Source of the DNA: a virus
Lineage: Duplodnaviria > Caudoviricetes
DNA: 39,433 bases
Reading direction: 5' to 3' (one strand)
Virus record (IMG/VR): IMGVR_UViG_3300036982_000905
Location: 1-39,433 of that record
Shown here: positions 1-9,469 of the stretch, one piece after another
Layout of the letters: every line of letters begins with the position of its first letter
How positions within the stretch are numbered: position 1 is the stretch's first letter
Notes under the pieces: generated by a model
The model's input: only the letters and a program-made list of their open reading frames with translations
Database searches by the model: none
What the model was told of the DNA's origin: nothing
Translations under genes and position numbers: made by a program

Positions 1-67
1 ATTGAACAGTAGCTAGTTCATCGTCTTTAGAATCAGTTAGTAAGTATTGTTTGATATTGTATTTCAT
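1..67 (-). CDS. 5' part of a gene running off the left edge (MKYNIKQYLLTDSKDDELATVQ...)
   Basis: ATG at 67-65 with AAGGAG Shine-Dalgarno upstream; frame open to base 1; promoter at 128-156. Confidence 0.6.
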   Translation of the reverse strand, partial: MKYNIKQYLLTDSKDDELATVQ

Positions 68-127
68 AAGTTCATCTCCTTCGAGTGTTTGTTCATCCTA
101 GAGAGCGACAATCACTCTCATAATATA

Positions 128-156
128 AATGTAGTTTAAAAAAAGTTTTAAGTCAA
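128..156 (-). promoter_or_regulatory. Sigma70-type leftward (early) promoter
   Basis: TTGACT-17 bp-TACATT on - strand; flank ATAAACTTGACTTAA is also present at the 32522-32550 promoter. Confidence 0.7.
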
Positions 157-162
157 GTTTAT

Positions 163-180
163 CTTAAAAATATTTTTAAG
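163..180. repeat. Perfect 18-bp palindrome CTTAAAAATATTTTTAAG
   Basis: Read directly; the same AAAAATATTTTT core recurs in the palindrome at 340-355. Confidence 0.8.
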
Positions 181-475
181 CCATATTTTTGACACGTCGA
201 TAGATTGACAGATAGTAATTGATTACTGCTCAAAACTGATTTAATATGATTATAGAAACAACCTACCTAGTTTTTATCCGCTATTTACTACACTTCTAAT
301 AACTCGCCTGTCTATCCTACCTCAATAGCCTACCTTCATGCAAAAATATTTTTGCGTTATTTTCGCGTTTTAAGAATTGTTATGTAACTAAAAATTGAAA
401 AAACCTTTTGCATTTTGTTTTGCATTTCATGGTATAGGTATTATAAATTCGGGAGAAAATGCAAAGAAATGCAAA

Positions 476-561
476 ACTTATTATTTTTGGTTATCTAGGA
501 ATGCAAAAAACCTTGCACTTATTATTTTTGGTTATCTAGGAATGCAAAAAACCTTGCACTT
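476..561. repeat. Perfect 41-bp tandem duplication
   Basis: ACTTATTATTTTTGGTTATCTAGGAATGCAAAAAACCTTGC at 476-516 and 517-557, plus ACTT. Confidence 0.95.
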
Positions 562-591
562 TTGCATTTTTTGTACTTATATAAATGAGTT

Positions 592-840
592 ATGAGTTTA
601 TCTAATTTTACTGAAGAGGTACCAAGGATGAAAGCCATCATTAGAAATCACCCAGGAAATTGGGATAACTGGCAAGCATACGATTCAATTAGTTTTAAAT
701 CGTATATTGATTTAGCTGAAGCAAAGAAAAATGAGGAGACGGTTCCCCTTCATCAAGTAATAGCGACCATCGAAGATAGCGAAGTTGAAAAATATAGAGG
801 ATACTTATGGAAGAATAGAACTTTCCGAGAGCTTAAATAA
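592..840 (+). CDS. Hypothetical protein, first gene of late arm
   Basis: 82-aa ORF whose stop overlaps the terS start (TAATG). Confidence 0.6.
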   Translation: MSLSNFTEEVPRMKAIIRNHPGNWDNWQAYDSISFKSYIDLAEAKKNEETVPLHQVIATIEDSEVEKYRGYLWKNRTFRELK

Positions 841-1403
841 TGTCATTCTCTCAGCTTCAATGGAATAACGCTCGTAAAATGTATGAAGAGGGTAAGGCGC
901 CATCACACATCGCGGATACATTTGGTATGTCACTCTCTCAAATATCTAGAAGAGTAAAGCAAGACAGATGGGAAAAGCCCGATGAGTTCATCATACCCCC
1001 CATAACCGAGATAGCATTTAAAAAAGCGGCTGAGGTAATCGAAAGAGCTGAAGTTTTAGAAATTGAGAATACCGAGAAAGAGTCAGAGTTTGTTTTTGAG
1101 TTACGCAAAAAAGCAAGGGCAGTTCAATCAGAATTATTAGATTTGATACTCGAAGCCAAAGCCGCTATGCAAGAATTTATTAAAATTCACCCAGATGGTA
1201 CATATATAAAGAAGATCGGCAAAGAGACAAGTTATGGGCTGGTGTCTGAAATATTTCAGCCCATGGCTGCTCTTCTGAATGCTAGTAATGCTATTACTCA
1301 AGTTCAAAGACCGATTAATTTAACAACCAACAATCAATTTAACCAAAATACTGATATTCCAATGGTCCCGCCAGCTATTAATATAGAGATAGTTGGCAAA
1401 TAA
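840..1403 (+). CDS. terS: Terminase small subunit
   Basis: N-terminal HTH (ARKMYEEGKAPSHIADTFGMSLSQISRRVKQDRW); directly upstream of terL. Confidence 0.75.
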   Translation: MSFSQLQWNNARKMYEEGKAPSHIADTFGMSLSQISRRVKQDRWEKPDEFIIPPITEIAFKKAAEVIERAEVLEIENTEKESEFVFELRKKARAVQSELLDLILEAKAAMQEFIKIHPDGTYIKKIGKETSYGLVSEIFQPMAALLNASNAITQVQRPINLTTNNQFNQNTDIPMVPPAINIEIVGK

Positions 1404-2689
1404 TGGACTGGAAAATAAACGTTCCAAATAAGCTACTACCGATTTTTACTTCAACTGAAATGTACGTAGTGCTCCGTGGGGGTCGGGCTTCAGCTAAAAC
1501 TCGTACTGTTTTATCTTATTTATTAATGCGAGCAGCACAAAAGAATAATCAGACTATTCTATGTACTCGTGAGTTTCAGTCTTCAATTGCAACATCGACT
1601 TATGCAGAGCTTAAACAGATAATATATGAAGATAATTTAGATAGTTTATTTAAGATTAAGCATGATGCTATTGAGTGTTTCAATGGAACAAAATTTATCT
1701 TTAAAGGGCTTGCTCGTGATATCATGCAAATTAAGTCCATACCGAATATTGATATTTGTTTTGTGGAAGAAGCCGAAACTATTGGAGCAGAATTATGGGA
1801 CGTGCTTAACCCTACTTTAAGAAAAGAAGGCTGCCAACTTATTGTAGTTTTCAATCCACGTGAAAGTACAAGCGCAACTTATCAACGTTGGGTTGTGGCC
1901 CCGATTAAAGAAGAGCATATTTTAAGAATTGAGATAAACTATCCAGATAACCCCTTTCTTTCTAAGTTAATGCTTGAAAAAATTGAAGAGCTAAAAGTAA
2001 ATAACTACGCTCTTTATGAGCATATTTACCTTGGAAAAGTCATGGATATGTCTGAGGATGTGATTTTTAAAGGAAGATTTAAGATTCTTGACCTCGGTTT
2101 TGAAGAGCGATTCGATGAGTATTTTAGAAACAAAACAGACCTAGAAAAAAGCAACCGAGTTTATTTTCTGTATGGCATGGATTTCGGCTTCAGCACAGAC
2201 CCCGCTGCTATGCTAGAAGTTTGTTTTTATGACGATGACACTATTTATATACATAGAGAGCATTATGAACATGGCCTTTTACCTACTCAGTATATCTCTG
2301 CTATTGACCGAACATTTGGAGAAAAGACAAGACTCTACAGTAAGTGGAAAGCAGACGAATCTAGACCAGATACTATTGCCCAACTAGCTTACGATGGTTT
2401 GCGAATTGAAGCAGCACCTAAAGGAAAAGGCTCTGTTGAGGCTGGAATTCAATATTTACTTGGTAAAAATATAATAGTACACCCCCGTTGCAAAAATTTC
2501 ATTTTTGAATGTTTTAATTATAAATACAAAAAAGATAAAAACACTGGTATCATCACAACTGACATCGTAGATACTCACAATCATGGTTGGGACGCTTTAC
2601 GATATGCTTTATGTGAACAAATAGCTGCGAATGGCAGAAAACCTGTAAAAGTTAACCCTGCCGTGTGGCAACAATTAGGAATGTCTTAA
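1403..2689 (+). CDS. terL: Terminase large subunit, PBSX/SPP1-like
   Basis: Walker A GGRASAKT, Walker B ICFVEEAE, FNP coupling motif, nuclease motifs GMDFGFSTDP and NHGWDALRYA. Confidence 0.95.
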   Translation: MDWKINVPNKLLPIFTSTEMYVVLRGGRASAKTRTVLSYLLMRAAQKNNQTILCTREFQSSIATSTYAELKQIIYEDNLDSLFKIKHDAIECFNGTKFIFKGLARDIMQIKSIPNIDICFVEEAETIGAELWDVLNPTLRKEGCQLIVVFNPRESTSATYQRWVVAPIKEEHILRIEINYPDNPFLSKLMLEKIEELKVNNYALYEHIYLGKVMDMSEDVIFKGRFKILDLGFEERFDEYFRNKTDLEKSNRVYFLYGMDFGFSTDPAAMLEVCFYDDDTIYIHREHYEHGLLPTQYISAIDRTFGEKTRLYSKWKADESRPDTIAQLAYDGLRIEAAPKGKGSVEAGIQYLLGKNIIVHPRCKNFIFECFNYKYKKDKNTGIITTDIVDTHNHGWDALRYALCEQIAANGRKPVKVNPAVWQQLGMS

Positions 2690-2690
2690 A

Positions 2691-4211
2691 ATGAGTAAAA
2701 ATAGGAAAGAATCACAAGAACTGTATAAGGGCTTCTTTTTATCTGATGTAGCAAAGCAAATCATCAGTGATCACGACCGTAAACAATACCCACCCAATTT
2801 TGTTAGTGGTTTCAAAATGCCAGATGGCCCACCGGGTTTGATAACAAAAGATGGCAAACTGACTACTGACTCACTGCCGATCAATCAGTGTAACTTTGGA
2901 CCTTTTGATAAAATCAATAAAGTCTTACTGAACAGCCGATTCCTTGGCTACGCTGAATATGCATTATTGTCTCAAAATGGTCTTATTCAACGCATTATTC
3001 AATCTATCTCTCGTGATAGTGTTCGTGAATGGATCACAATTTATTCTAAAAAGACAGGTAGCTCAAATAGTAACGCAAAGATAGCTGACATTGAAGCTGA
3101 GATGAAACGGCTACATGTACGGGATAAAATCAGGCAGTGTATTGAACAAATGGTTATGTTTGGAGGCTGTAAACTTTACCCAAAGATATTGGGTGACGAT
3201 AGCAAAGATGGAGGCGAAGAGCTTTTAACTCCATTAACATTAGAAAAAATCCCTAAAAAAGGTTTGTTATACTTAAAACCAATCGAGCCTTTGTACGCAA
3301 CACCGGGCACATTCAACGCAGTCAATCCGTTAGCCGAAGATTACTATGTTCCAAGTGACTGGACCATTCTTGGTGCAAGAGTGCATGAGTCACGACTTGG
3401 CCACTTTCGCTATAATGATGTACCTACATTACTGAAACCCATTTACTGGTTTAATGGGATGCCTCTTATTCAACTGTGCTTAGACTATCTATGGGGCTTT
3501 GAAACAGTTAGGCAGAATATCATAGGTATTTCTGGTAGATATAACATAAACATCTTTAAGACAAACATGGCTGCGTTACTCAACTATAAAGACGGCTCAT
3601 CGTTTCAGAATGGTGAGGATGTTTTATCAAGATTGAAGTTAGCTCAAGCACTCCAAAATAACTATTCGATATTTGCATTAGATAACAACCCAACTGCACC
3701 AGAGGAGTGGCAACAGTTCAATATGACGATGGCTGGGTTGACTGAAATTCTTAACGAAAATGCAGGCTACCTATGCGCTTTAAGTGGCATCCCTGAAAGC
3801 ATTCTCTTTATGAAAAAGTCAAAAGGTGGTTTAGGCCATAGTGATGATAATGAGAAGAAAAATTACTATGCAAACATTGGCTCTTTTCAAGATGTGAATA
3901 TCAGACCTAGCCTTGAGATGGTGTTTGAATTTATTCAAATGAGCTTATTTGGTAAGGTTGACCCTGACTTAGATTTTAAGTTTAACGCACTTGATAAAAA
4001 GACTGACAAAGAGATTTGGGAAATACAAAAAATTAAGGCTGATATAAATACCCAATACTTTGCTGACGGCATCTTAGAGGGTAATGAAATTCGCGAGTCT
4101 ATCTCGAAAGACCCTGACTCTGGATACGCTGGTTTGGCTGACTTACCCGATGAAGACTTTGAAGAAGCTAAAGAAGAGATGCAAAAAGGAAGTGGAAATG
4201 AAGCGGCATAA
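2691..4211 (+). CDS. Portal protein (DUF1073-like)
   Basis: 506 aa after terL; FLGYAEYALLSQ, SGIPESILF and KNYYANI motifs typical of this family. Confidence 0.85.
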   Translation: MSKNRKESQELYKGFFLSDVAKQIISDHDRKQYPPNFVSGFKMPDGPPGLITKDGKLTTDSLPINQCNFGPFDKINKVLLNSRFLGYAEYALLSQNGLIQRIIQSISRDSVREWITIYSKKTGSSNSNAKIADIEAEMKRLHVRDKIRQCIEQMVMFGGCKLYPKILGDDSKDGGEELLTPLTLEKIPKKGLLYLKPIEPLYATPGTFNAVNPLAEDYYVPSDWTILGARVHESRLGHFRYNDVPTLLKPIYWFNGMPLIQLCLDYLWGFETVRQNIIGISGRYNINIFKTNMAALLNYKDGSSFQNGEDVLSRLKLAQALQNNYSIFALDNNPTAPEEWQQFNMTMAGLTEILNENAGYLCALSGIPESILFMKKSKGGLGHSDDNEKKNYYANIGSFQDVNIRPSLEMVFEFIQMSLFGKVDPDLDFKFNALDKKTDKEIWEIQKIKADINTQYFADGILEGNEIRESISKDPDSGYAGLADLPDEDFEEAKEEMQKGSGNEAA

Positions 4212-5178
4212 ACCGATTGAAATCCCAATAAAACAAGAGAGCGCTGCATCAATTGCATGGTACACGTCTAAGCTCATGCTGTTGAAGACTGCTATGTATC
4301 GAGAGTATTTGTTAAGTATAAAAAGTTTCTATAAAGAAAACAAATCGTACTTAGTTAAAGATGATGACCCAATAGTTAGATTAAACGCTATGATTGATGC
4401 TTTGGGAGAGAAATGGTCAACAGCTTTTAACAGTAGAAGCTCTAGATTAGCTAGGAAAGTTATGTTGGATGCTAATCGAGCCTCACGGAAGAAGTTTGAT
4501 AATATCTATAAAAGATACCCTGATAAACTAATAGAGCCTAGTCAAATCTTACAAGAGAACCTCTTTGAAACTGAGATGCTAGAGCGTCAGATTAAAGAAG
4601 AATTTGAGCAACCAACAAAAAAGAAACCAATTCCTAAGTCAATATTTAAACAGCCCTTACCTGAGCCAGGTTTTTTTGAGATAGTTCCTGAACGTAACGA
4701 ACAGTATTTCAAAAACCCTTTTATCATTATGCCAAATATGGCTGAGCGTAATGCTGAAGTAAATATTATTCAATCAGGGATAGCCGAAAATGTTGGTTTA
4801 ATTAAATCAATTCCTAAACAGTTTCATGAACAAATCCAAGGAATGGTTATGCGTAACGTAGCTGTTGGTGGTAACGCTCAAAAACTTGTAGCTGAGTTAT
4901 CTAACATCAGTGATAAATCATCTAGAAGAATTAAATTAATTGCTAACGACCAGATTGCTAAAGCCACCGCCCTGCTCGACCAGCAAAAAGCCATAGAATT
5001 AGGGTTTACCAAAGCCATTTGGAAGAAGTCTATAGCTGGTAAGACCCATAGGGTAACTCATGCAGAAGCTAATAATAAAGAGTTTGATATCAAAAAAGGT
5101 TGCCTAATTGAGGGTGAATATATAATGCCTCGTTGGAAAATAAATTGTAAGTGCTCTTATAAATTAATACTTAAATAG
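4198..5178 (+). CDS. Head morphogenesis protein (SPP1 gp7/Mu F-like)
   Basis: ENVGLIKSIP, LIANDQIAKA, HRVTH and C-terminal P..KINCKC; start moved to ATG 4198 after an AAGGA RBS. Confidence 0.85.
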   Translation: MKRHKPIEIPIKQESAASIAWYTSKLMLLKTAMYREYLLSIKSFYKENKSYLVKDDDPIVRLNAMIDALGEKWSTAFNSRSSRLARKVMLDANRASRKKFDNIYKRYPDKLIEPSQILQENLFETEMLERQIKEEFEQPTKKKPIPKSIFKQPLPEPGFFEIVPERNEQYFKNPFIIMPNMAERNAEVNIIQSGIAENVGLIKSIPKQFHEQIQGMVMRNVAVGGNAQKLVAELSNISDKSSRRIKLIANDQIAKATALLDQQKAIELGFTKAIWKKSIAGKTHRVTHAEANNKEFDIKKGCLIEGEYIMPRWKINCKCSYKLILK

Positions 5179-5206
5179 AGGGAAACCATATGTCTAAAAT
5201 GTATTT

Positions 5207-5302
5207 AGAGCTGATTTAAAGGATGATACAATTGAGGATTTGAAAAAAGCTGCTTGGTATATTCAAGATGAAATTCAGCGTAGAGAAAACCAAGTTAAAT
5301 AG
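5207..5302 (+). pseudogene. C-terminal remnant of a DUF3310-like gene
   Basis: RADLKDDTIEDLKKAAWYIQDEIQRRENQVK*; in-frame TAA at 5195 and no usable start for the full fragment. Confidence 0.65.
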
Positions 5303-5417
5303 CCTCACCTTACTTTTCTAATTTACCAATTTTACATAAAATCAATAATAAATTTAGCAAACATTTGACTTCTGTTAATTTTTATGAATAACTACAAAAG
5401 GAGGTCTTTTAGCATAA

Positions 5418-6575
5418 ATGCAATTCGATAGCAACAGAACAAAAGACGAATTTGGCTATTTGACCGTCACCAATTGCGTATTAACTGGTGAAGATGTTGC
5501 TAGTTATTACGGGTATGAAGTCCCTAATTATCAAAAATATAATCTAGACCCTAAGAAGATTTACCGAGTTTATAGACCCCAAGAGGAAATTGAAGATTCT
5601 GACTTTTCCAATAAACCTCTCCTTTCTCAGCACATGGATTTCTCTGCTCAAGATTACAAAAGTAAATTTGTATCCGGGACAATCGGAGAAAGTCGAGACG
5701 AAGGAAGTGAAAAGCTAGCTACTGTTGTTTTTTGGAAGCAAGAGTCAATTGATGAATTAGAAAAAGGTACAAAAAAGCATCTGTCATGCGGTTATCTTTA
5801 TGAGCCAGTTATTGAAAAAGGAGTCCATAGTGGAGTTCCTTACGATATTAAGATGACAAAAATTAGAGCAAACCACGTCGCGATGGTTAATGACCCCAGA
5901 TACAAAAAAGCCGTTGTGGCTGATGGAAACAGTGTTAAAGAGGAAATAAAAATGAAGTTTTTTTGGCAAAAAGACAAAGAGGTTGATGGCCTTTTGACTT
6001 TAGATGAAGCTTTTGAAGCCCATAAAGCTATTTTAGCTAATGACAAAATGTCAGAGGATGAAAAAGCAGAAGCAGTTGAGAAAGTCAAATCTAAAGCTAA
6101 GCGCGTAAAAGGCGAAGTCGAAGATAGTAAAAAAGTTAAAGATAAGAAAAAAGTTGAAGATGAAGACATGGAAGATGAGCCAGTCATGGACAAAAAAGCA
6201 AAAGATAGCTGCGTGTCTAAAGACTCTAATTCTGTGGACGTCACTGCTTTAGCTAAACGTATTGCTGAAGAAGAAATTAATAAATTCAAAGCTGAGTCCA
6301 TGGCTTTTGATGCTGCTCTTTCTGAATACGAAAGAGTTTGCGGAAAAGCAAATCGCATGGCTTTTGATTCAACTGAGTCAATTCTAGATACAATTCTTAC
6401 CAATTCTAAGAGAAACTTTGCAGGTAAATCACTCGCTCAAAAGCAAGCAATGGTTGAAGTTTTGGAAAGTGCAAAATCTTATACCTCTCCAAAAGTCACT
6501 TTGGATAGTAATAGCGTTGGTGCTGCTTTCATTCCTGCAAGCATTAAATCATTTCTAAATTCGAGAGGTAATTAA
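5418..6575 (+). CDS. Prohead protease/scaffold (DUF2213-like)
   Basis: VYRPQEEI, LSCGY, NHVAMV..PR, then a charged coiled C-terminal scaffold; GGAGG RBS. Confidence 0.85.
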   Translation: MQFDSNRTKDEFGYLTVTNCVLTGEDVASYYGYEVPNYQKYNLDPKKIYRVYRPQEEIEDSDFSNKPLLSQHMDFSAQDYKSKFVSGTIGESRDEGSEKLATVVFWKQESIDELEKGTKKHLSCGYLYEPVIEKGVHSGVPYDIKMTKIRANHVAMVNDPRYKKAVVADGNSVKEEIKMKFFWQKDKEVDGLLTLDEAFEAHKAILANDKMSEDEKAEAVEKVKSKAKRVKGEVEDSKKVKDKKKVEDEDMEDEPVMDKKAKDSCVSKDSNSVDVTALAKRIAEEEINKFKAESMAFDAALSEYERVCGKANRMAFDSTESILDTILTNSKRNFAGKSLAQKQAMVEVLESAKSYTSPKVTLDSNSVGAAFIPASIKSFLNSRGN

Positions 6576-6576
6576 C

Positions 6577-7116
6577 ATGGCAGTTTTTGCTGGCGTTCAA
6601 CAGACCGCCTCCAATCCAGTTTCTTTTTTACAGGGCGTTACAACACAGATTTTGCTTGACGGATATACATTCGGCGCAGTTGCATTCACAGATTTAATTG
6701 TAGGTGACGCATGTTTCTATGTTGCGACCGGAGATAACGCTGTCCAAGCAAGTGGAGTAGGAGCAGGCCCTTTTGCAGGTGTCGTTCGTAGATCTAATGC
6801 AAACGCAATGGCTTTTGCAGATTCTCTACTTGGTTACTCAATAACAATTCCAAAAGGTCAGAACGTTTCTGTACTTACTCGGGGGAGCATAGCAGTACCA
6901 ATTGTGTTCGCATTAAGTACGCTTGGTTCGCCAGTGCGTGGGGATTTTGTTTACGCTAACCCAACAAATGCAACCTTTAGTTCGGTTGGAACCGGTGGGA
7001 CGCCTCTTGTAGGATCGGTAAAAACAAATTTTGTAATCGGTAAAGTGATCGGAACTTGGTCATCTAATGCCCTTGTTGAAATTACAAATACTCAAAACGT
7101 GGGAGCATTAGCATGA
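6577..7116 (+). CDS. Capsid decoration/cement protein
   Basis: Small Gly/Val-rich beta protein between protease and major capsid. Confidence 0.6.
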   Translation: MAVFAGVQQTASNPVSFLQGVTTQILLDGYTFGAVAFTDLIVGDACFYVATGDNAVQASGVGAGPFAGVVRRSNANAMAFADSLLGYSITIPKGQNVSVLTRGSIAVPIVFALSTLGSPVRGDFVYANPTNATFSSVGTGGTPLVGSVKTNFVIGKVIGTWSSNALVEITNTQNVGALA

Positions 7117-8207
7117 ACTTTGATAATATGTCAAAAGACCAATATTTGGGCTTACTTAAAGATAATTTTGGTATCTTTTTTGAAGGTGCTGTTCCAATGG
7201 TTACAGACTCTGACCGCAGCTTTAAAGACAATGCGTTAAAGTTAGTTGGAGACGTGGATACATACACTTACAATCCAGCATCTAATGGCGTACCTGCTTG
7301 GTACACTTTAGTTAACATTAATACTGTTGTTGAGCAGTTATTACCAGTTCGTCGTTACTCATTAATCGGTGAGCCACTACAATATGGTAACTTCACAACT
7401 AACATAGCTCAATTCGGTGAAGTTGGTTTCAGTGGTCAAATTGAGGCGTATGATGATTTTAGCGGTACGCAAAAATCTGATTTCAACGCAACATGGCCAA
7501 CTCGCGATGTTTATCGTGGTCAAACTTTTATCGAGTATGGTGACCTTGAAGTTGCAACTATGGCAGAAGCTAAAATTGACGCTGTTTCTAGAAAACAACG
7601 TTCTGCAGCTTTCCAAATTGCTATCGCACAAAATAAGTTATTCTTTTTTGGAAACATCAATTCAGTTGGGGCTTTCTTAAGTAGAACTTACGGTATCCTT
7701 AACGATCCTCAATTGAACGCTGCGACTCCAGCAACAAACGGTACATCTGGTTCACCTTTATGGTCTGTAAAAGCTGCAAACGTTGCAACCGGCGCGAATG
7801 ACATTGCAAACGACGTTATCGTAACTGCAATGACAGTAATGCAATCTCAAATGGGCGGTAACGTTGACCAAATGTCCAAGTTTAAACTTTGCGTTCCAAC
7901 TGTCGCGATTTCTTATATGAACGCTCAAAACTCATTCGGTTTAAGCGCAACTAAGATTATTAAAGATACACTCCCAAATATCGAAATAATTTCTACACCC
8001 GAATACCAATCTATTAACTCTTTTCAATTAATCGGCCCAACAGTTGATATAGAAAATGTGGCTAAAGACTTATTCACATACAAAGTCCGTGGTCACACAT
8101 TAGTTCCACAAGTCTCTTCTAAACGCCAAAAATGGTCGTTTGGTAGCTCAGGATGCGCATTACTACAAACTGCGCCAGTTGTAACAATTTCGGGGATTAC
8201 TGCATGA
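7113..8207 (+). CDS. Major capsid protein (DUF2184-like)
   Basis: 364 aa; YGDLE, NKLFFFG, YGILNDPQL motifs; position. Confidence 0.85.
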   Translation: MNFDNMSKDQYLGLLKDNFGIFFEGAVPMVTDSDRSFKDNALKLVGDVDTYTYNPASNGVPAWYTLVNINTVVEQLLPVRRYSLIGEPLQYGNFTTNIAQFGEVGFSGQIEAYDDFSGTQKSDFNATWPTRDVYRGQTFIEYGDLEVATMAEAKIDAVSRKQRSAAFQIAIAQNKLFFFGNINSVGAFLSRTYGILNDPQLNAATPATNGTSGSPLWSVKAANVATGANDIANDVIVTAMTVMQSQMGGNVDQMSKFKLCVPTVAISYMNAQNSFGLSATKIIKDTLPNIEIISTPEYQSINSFQLIGPTVDIENVAKDLFTYKVRGHTLVPQVSSKRQKWSFGSSGCALLQTAPVVTISGITA

Positions 8208-8581
8208 GCATGATTAAAGTTTACAGCCGTTCACCAATTGCACATAAGTTTACGATTTATCCTAATCACATTGAAACAACTTATGTAATTAAAGGAACAA
8301 ATTCTCATCAAATATTAACTGGTGGGGTTGACGTTCCATATGTAACAGAGATGGAAGAAGCTGTATTTAATGAAATTAAAAAAGAATACGCCGGGCATAT
8401 TCAGCTTTTTGGTGGGACTTATCCACCACCAGAAAGACCAAAGACATACGAGGCATTAATATATACCGCAAAGAATGAAGCTGAAGCGAAACGAATTATG
8501 AAAGACAGCAAACCTGTTTTGGGAACTAACGAGTTAGTTTCACAAACTAAAGGCGTTAAAGAGTTTAGCAATAAGGATTAA
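8204..8581 (+). CDS. Virion structural/hypothetical protein
   Basis: ATGA overlap with capsid stop; head-neck position. Confidence 0.65.
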   Translation: MSMIKVYSRSPIAHKFTIYPNHIETTYVIKGTNSHQILTGGVDVPYVTEMEEAVFNEIKKEYAGHIQLFGGTYPPPERPKTYEALIYTAKNEAEAKRIMKDSKPVLGTNELVSQTKGVKEFSNKD

Positions 8582-8583
8582 AA

Positions 8584-9003
8584 ATGGCGATTCCAGCATT
8601 TAACATAACTTTATTCCGCACACAATACCCAATGTACGCCAGTATATCTGACGCTATATTGACAAACTTGTGGATTGAAGTTGATGAAATTGGAACGCCT
8701 ATTGTTTCTACACTTCCTTTAGATAAACAAGAACATTACTACTATGTAGTTGAAGCACATTTAGCAGAATTGTGGAACCGCGGGCCCGGAGCTGGTGGGA
8801 TTGTTACAGAAGCTGAACAGGGAACTGTAAAAGCTGGCTTCTTTATTGACGAATCCAACGCTTTAATCTGGTGGAACCAAACTGCTTGGGGCGCAAAGAT
8901 TGCGTATTTAATGAAAATGCGTGGTGGATTTAATTCAGTTAACACTTGCAACAATTTCGGCTCAGTTTTCGGAGGGTGCTATGGCGGCTCTCTCTTCTAT
9001 TAG
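8584..9003 (+). CDS. Head-tail adaptor (DUF4054-like)
   Basis: FRTQYP, AHLA, EQGTV, WWNQTAWG motifs. Confidence 0.8.
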   Translation: MAIPAFNITLFRTQYPMYASISDAILTNLWIEVDEIGTPIVSTLPLDKQEHYYYVVEAHLAELWNRGPGAGGIVTEAEQGTVKAGFFIDESNALIWWNQTAWGAKIAYLMKMRGGFNSVNTCNNFGSVFGGCYGGSLFY

Positions 9004-9469
9004 CGGTGGCGAGAATTTAAAGAAATTCTTAGGCAAAGTTAAAAATCAAACTGGGAAAATAGATGCAGGCTTCTTTCCAGAGGCTACTTATGACGACGGA
9101 ACTCAAGTCGCACAAGTGGCTTTTGATCAATGTTTCGGTTTTATAAATACTGGAGCTGATGCAGAAAAATATGGTGAAGTAATCCCTGCACGTAATTTCA
9201 TGCAGAAAGCGTTTGATGAAAATAACCGTAAATGGCGTTTAACTTTAGTTGATGAAATATATAAGCAAAAAGAAAACATTGACGTTGAGAAAGCTTTAAA
9301 AGTTACTGCTTTTGTAATTAAAAAAGATATTCAAGATGAAATCGATTGGTTTGCAACTTCAGGTCAGCCACGGAATGGACCAAAAGTTGTAGCGTTAAAA
9401 GGCGAAAACTCTCCATTAATTTGGACTGGAAAAATGCAAAGCTCTGTGGAAACTGTGGTGAAGAAATGA
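8981..9469 (+). CDS. Neck/tail-completion protein
   Basis: ATYDDGTQVAQVA, IPARNF, PLIWTGKMQSSV; GGAGG before ATG 8981. Confidence 0.75.
   Translation: MAALSSISGGENLKKFLGKVKNQTGKIDAGFFPEATYDDGTQVAQVAFDQCFGFINTGADAEKYGEVIPARNFMQKAFDENNRKWRLTLVDEIYKQKENIDVEKALKVTAFVIKKDIQDEIDWFATSGQPRNGPKVVALKGENSPLIWTGKMQSSVETVVKK

Noticed and set aside
476-561. CRISPR-like array
   Set aside because: Only two adjacent copies with no spacer; the Cas4-like gene sits in a replication module
395-595. 66-aa ORF in the control region
   Set aside because: TTG start without RBS; it is a translation of the repeats
5365-5394. Promoter for the capsid genes
   Set aside because: TTGACT is present but there is no convincing -10 box at 16-18 bp
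5840-6403. 187-aa antisense ORF (also 1600-1854, 3935-4258, 20630-21157, 32609-32905, 37951-38418)
   Set aside because: Ser/Phe/Leu-rich mirror translations of well-supported genes on the other strand
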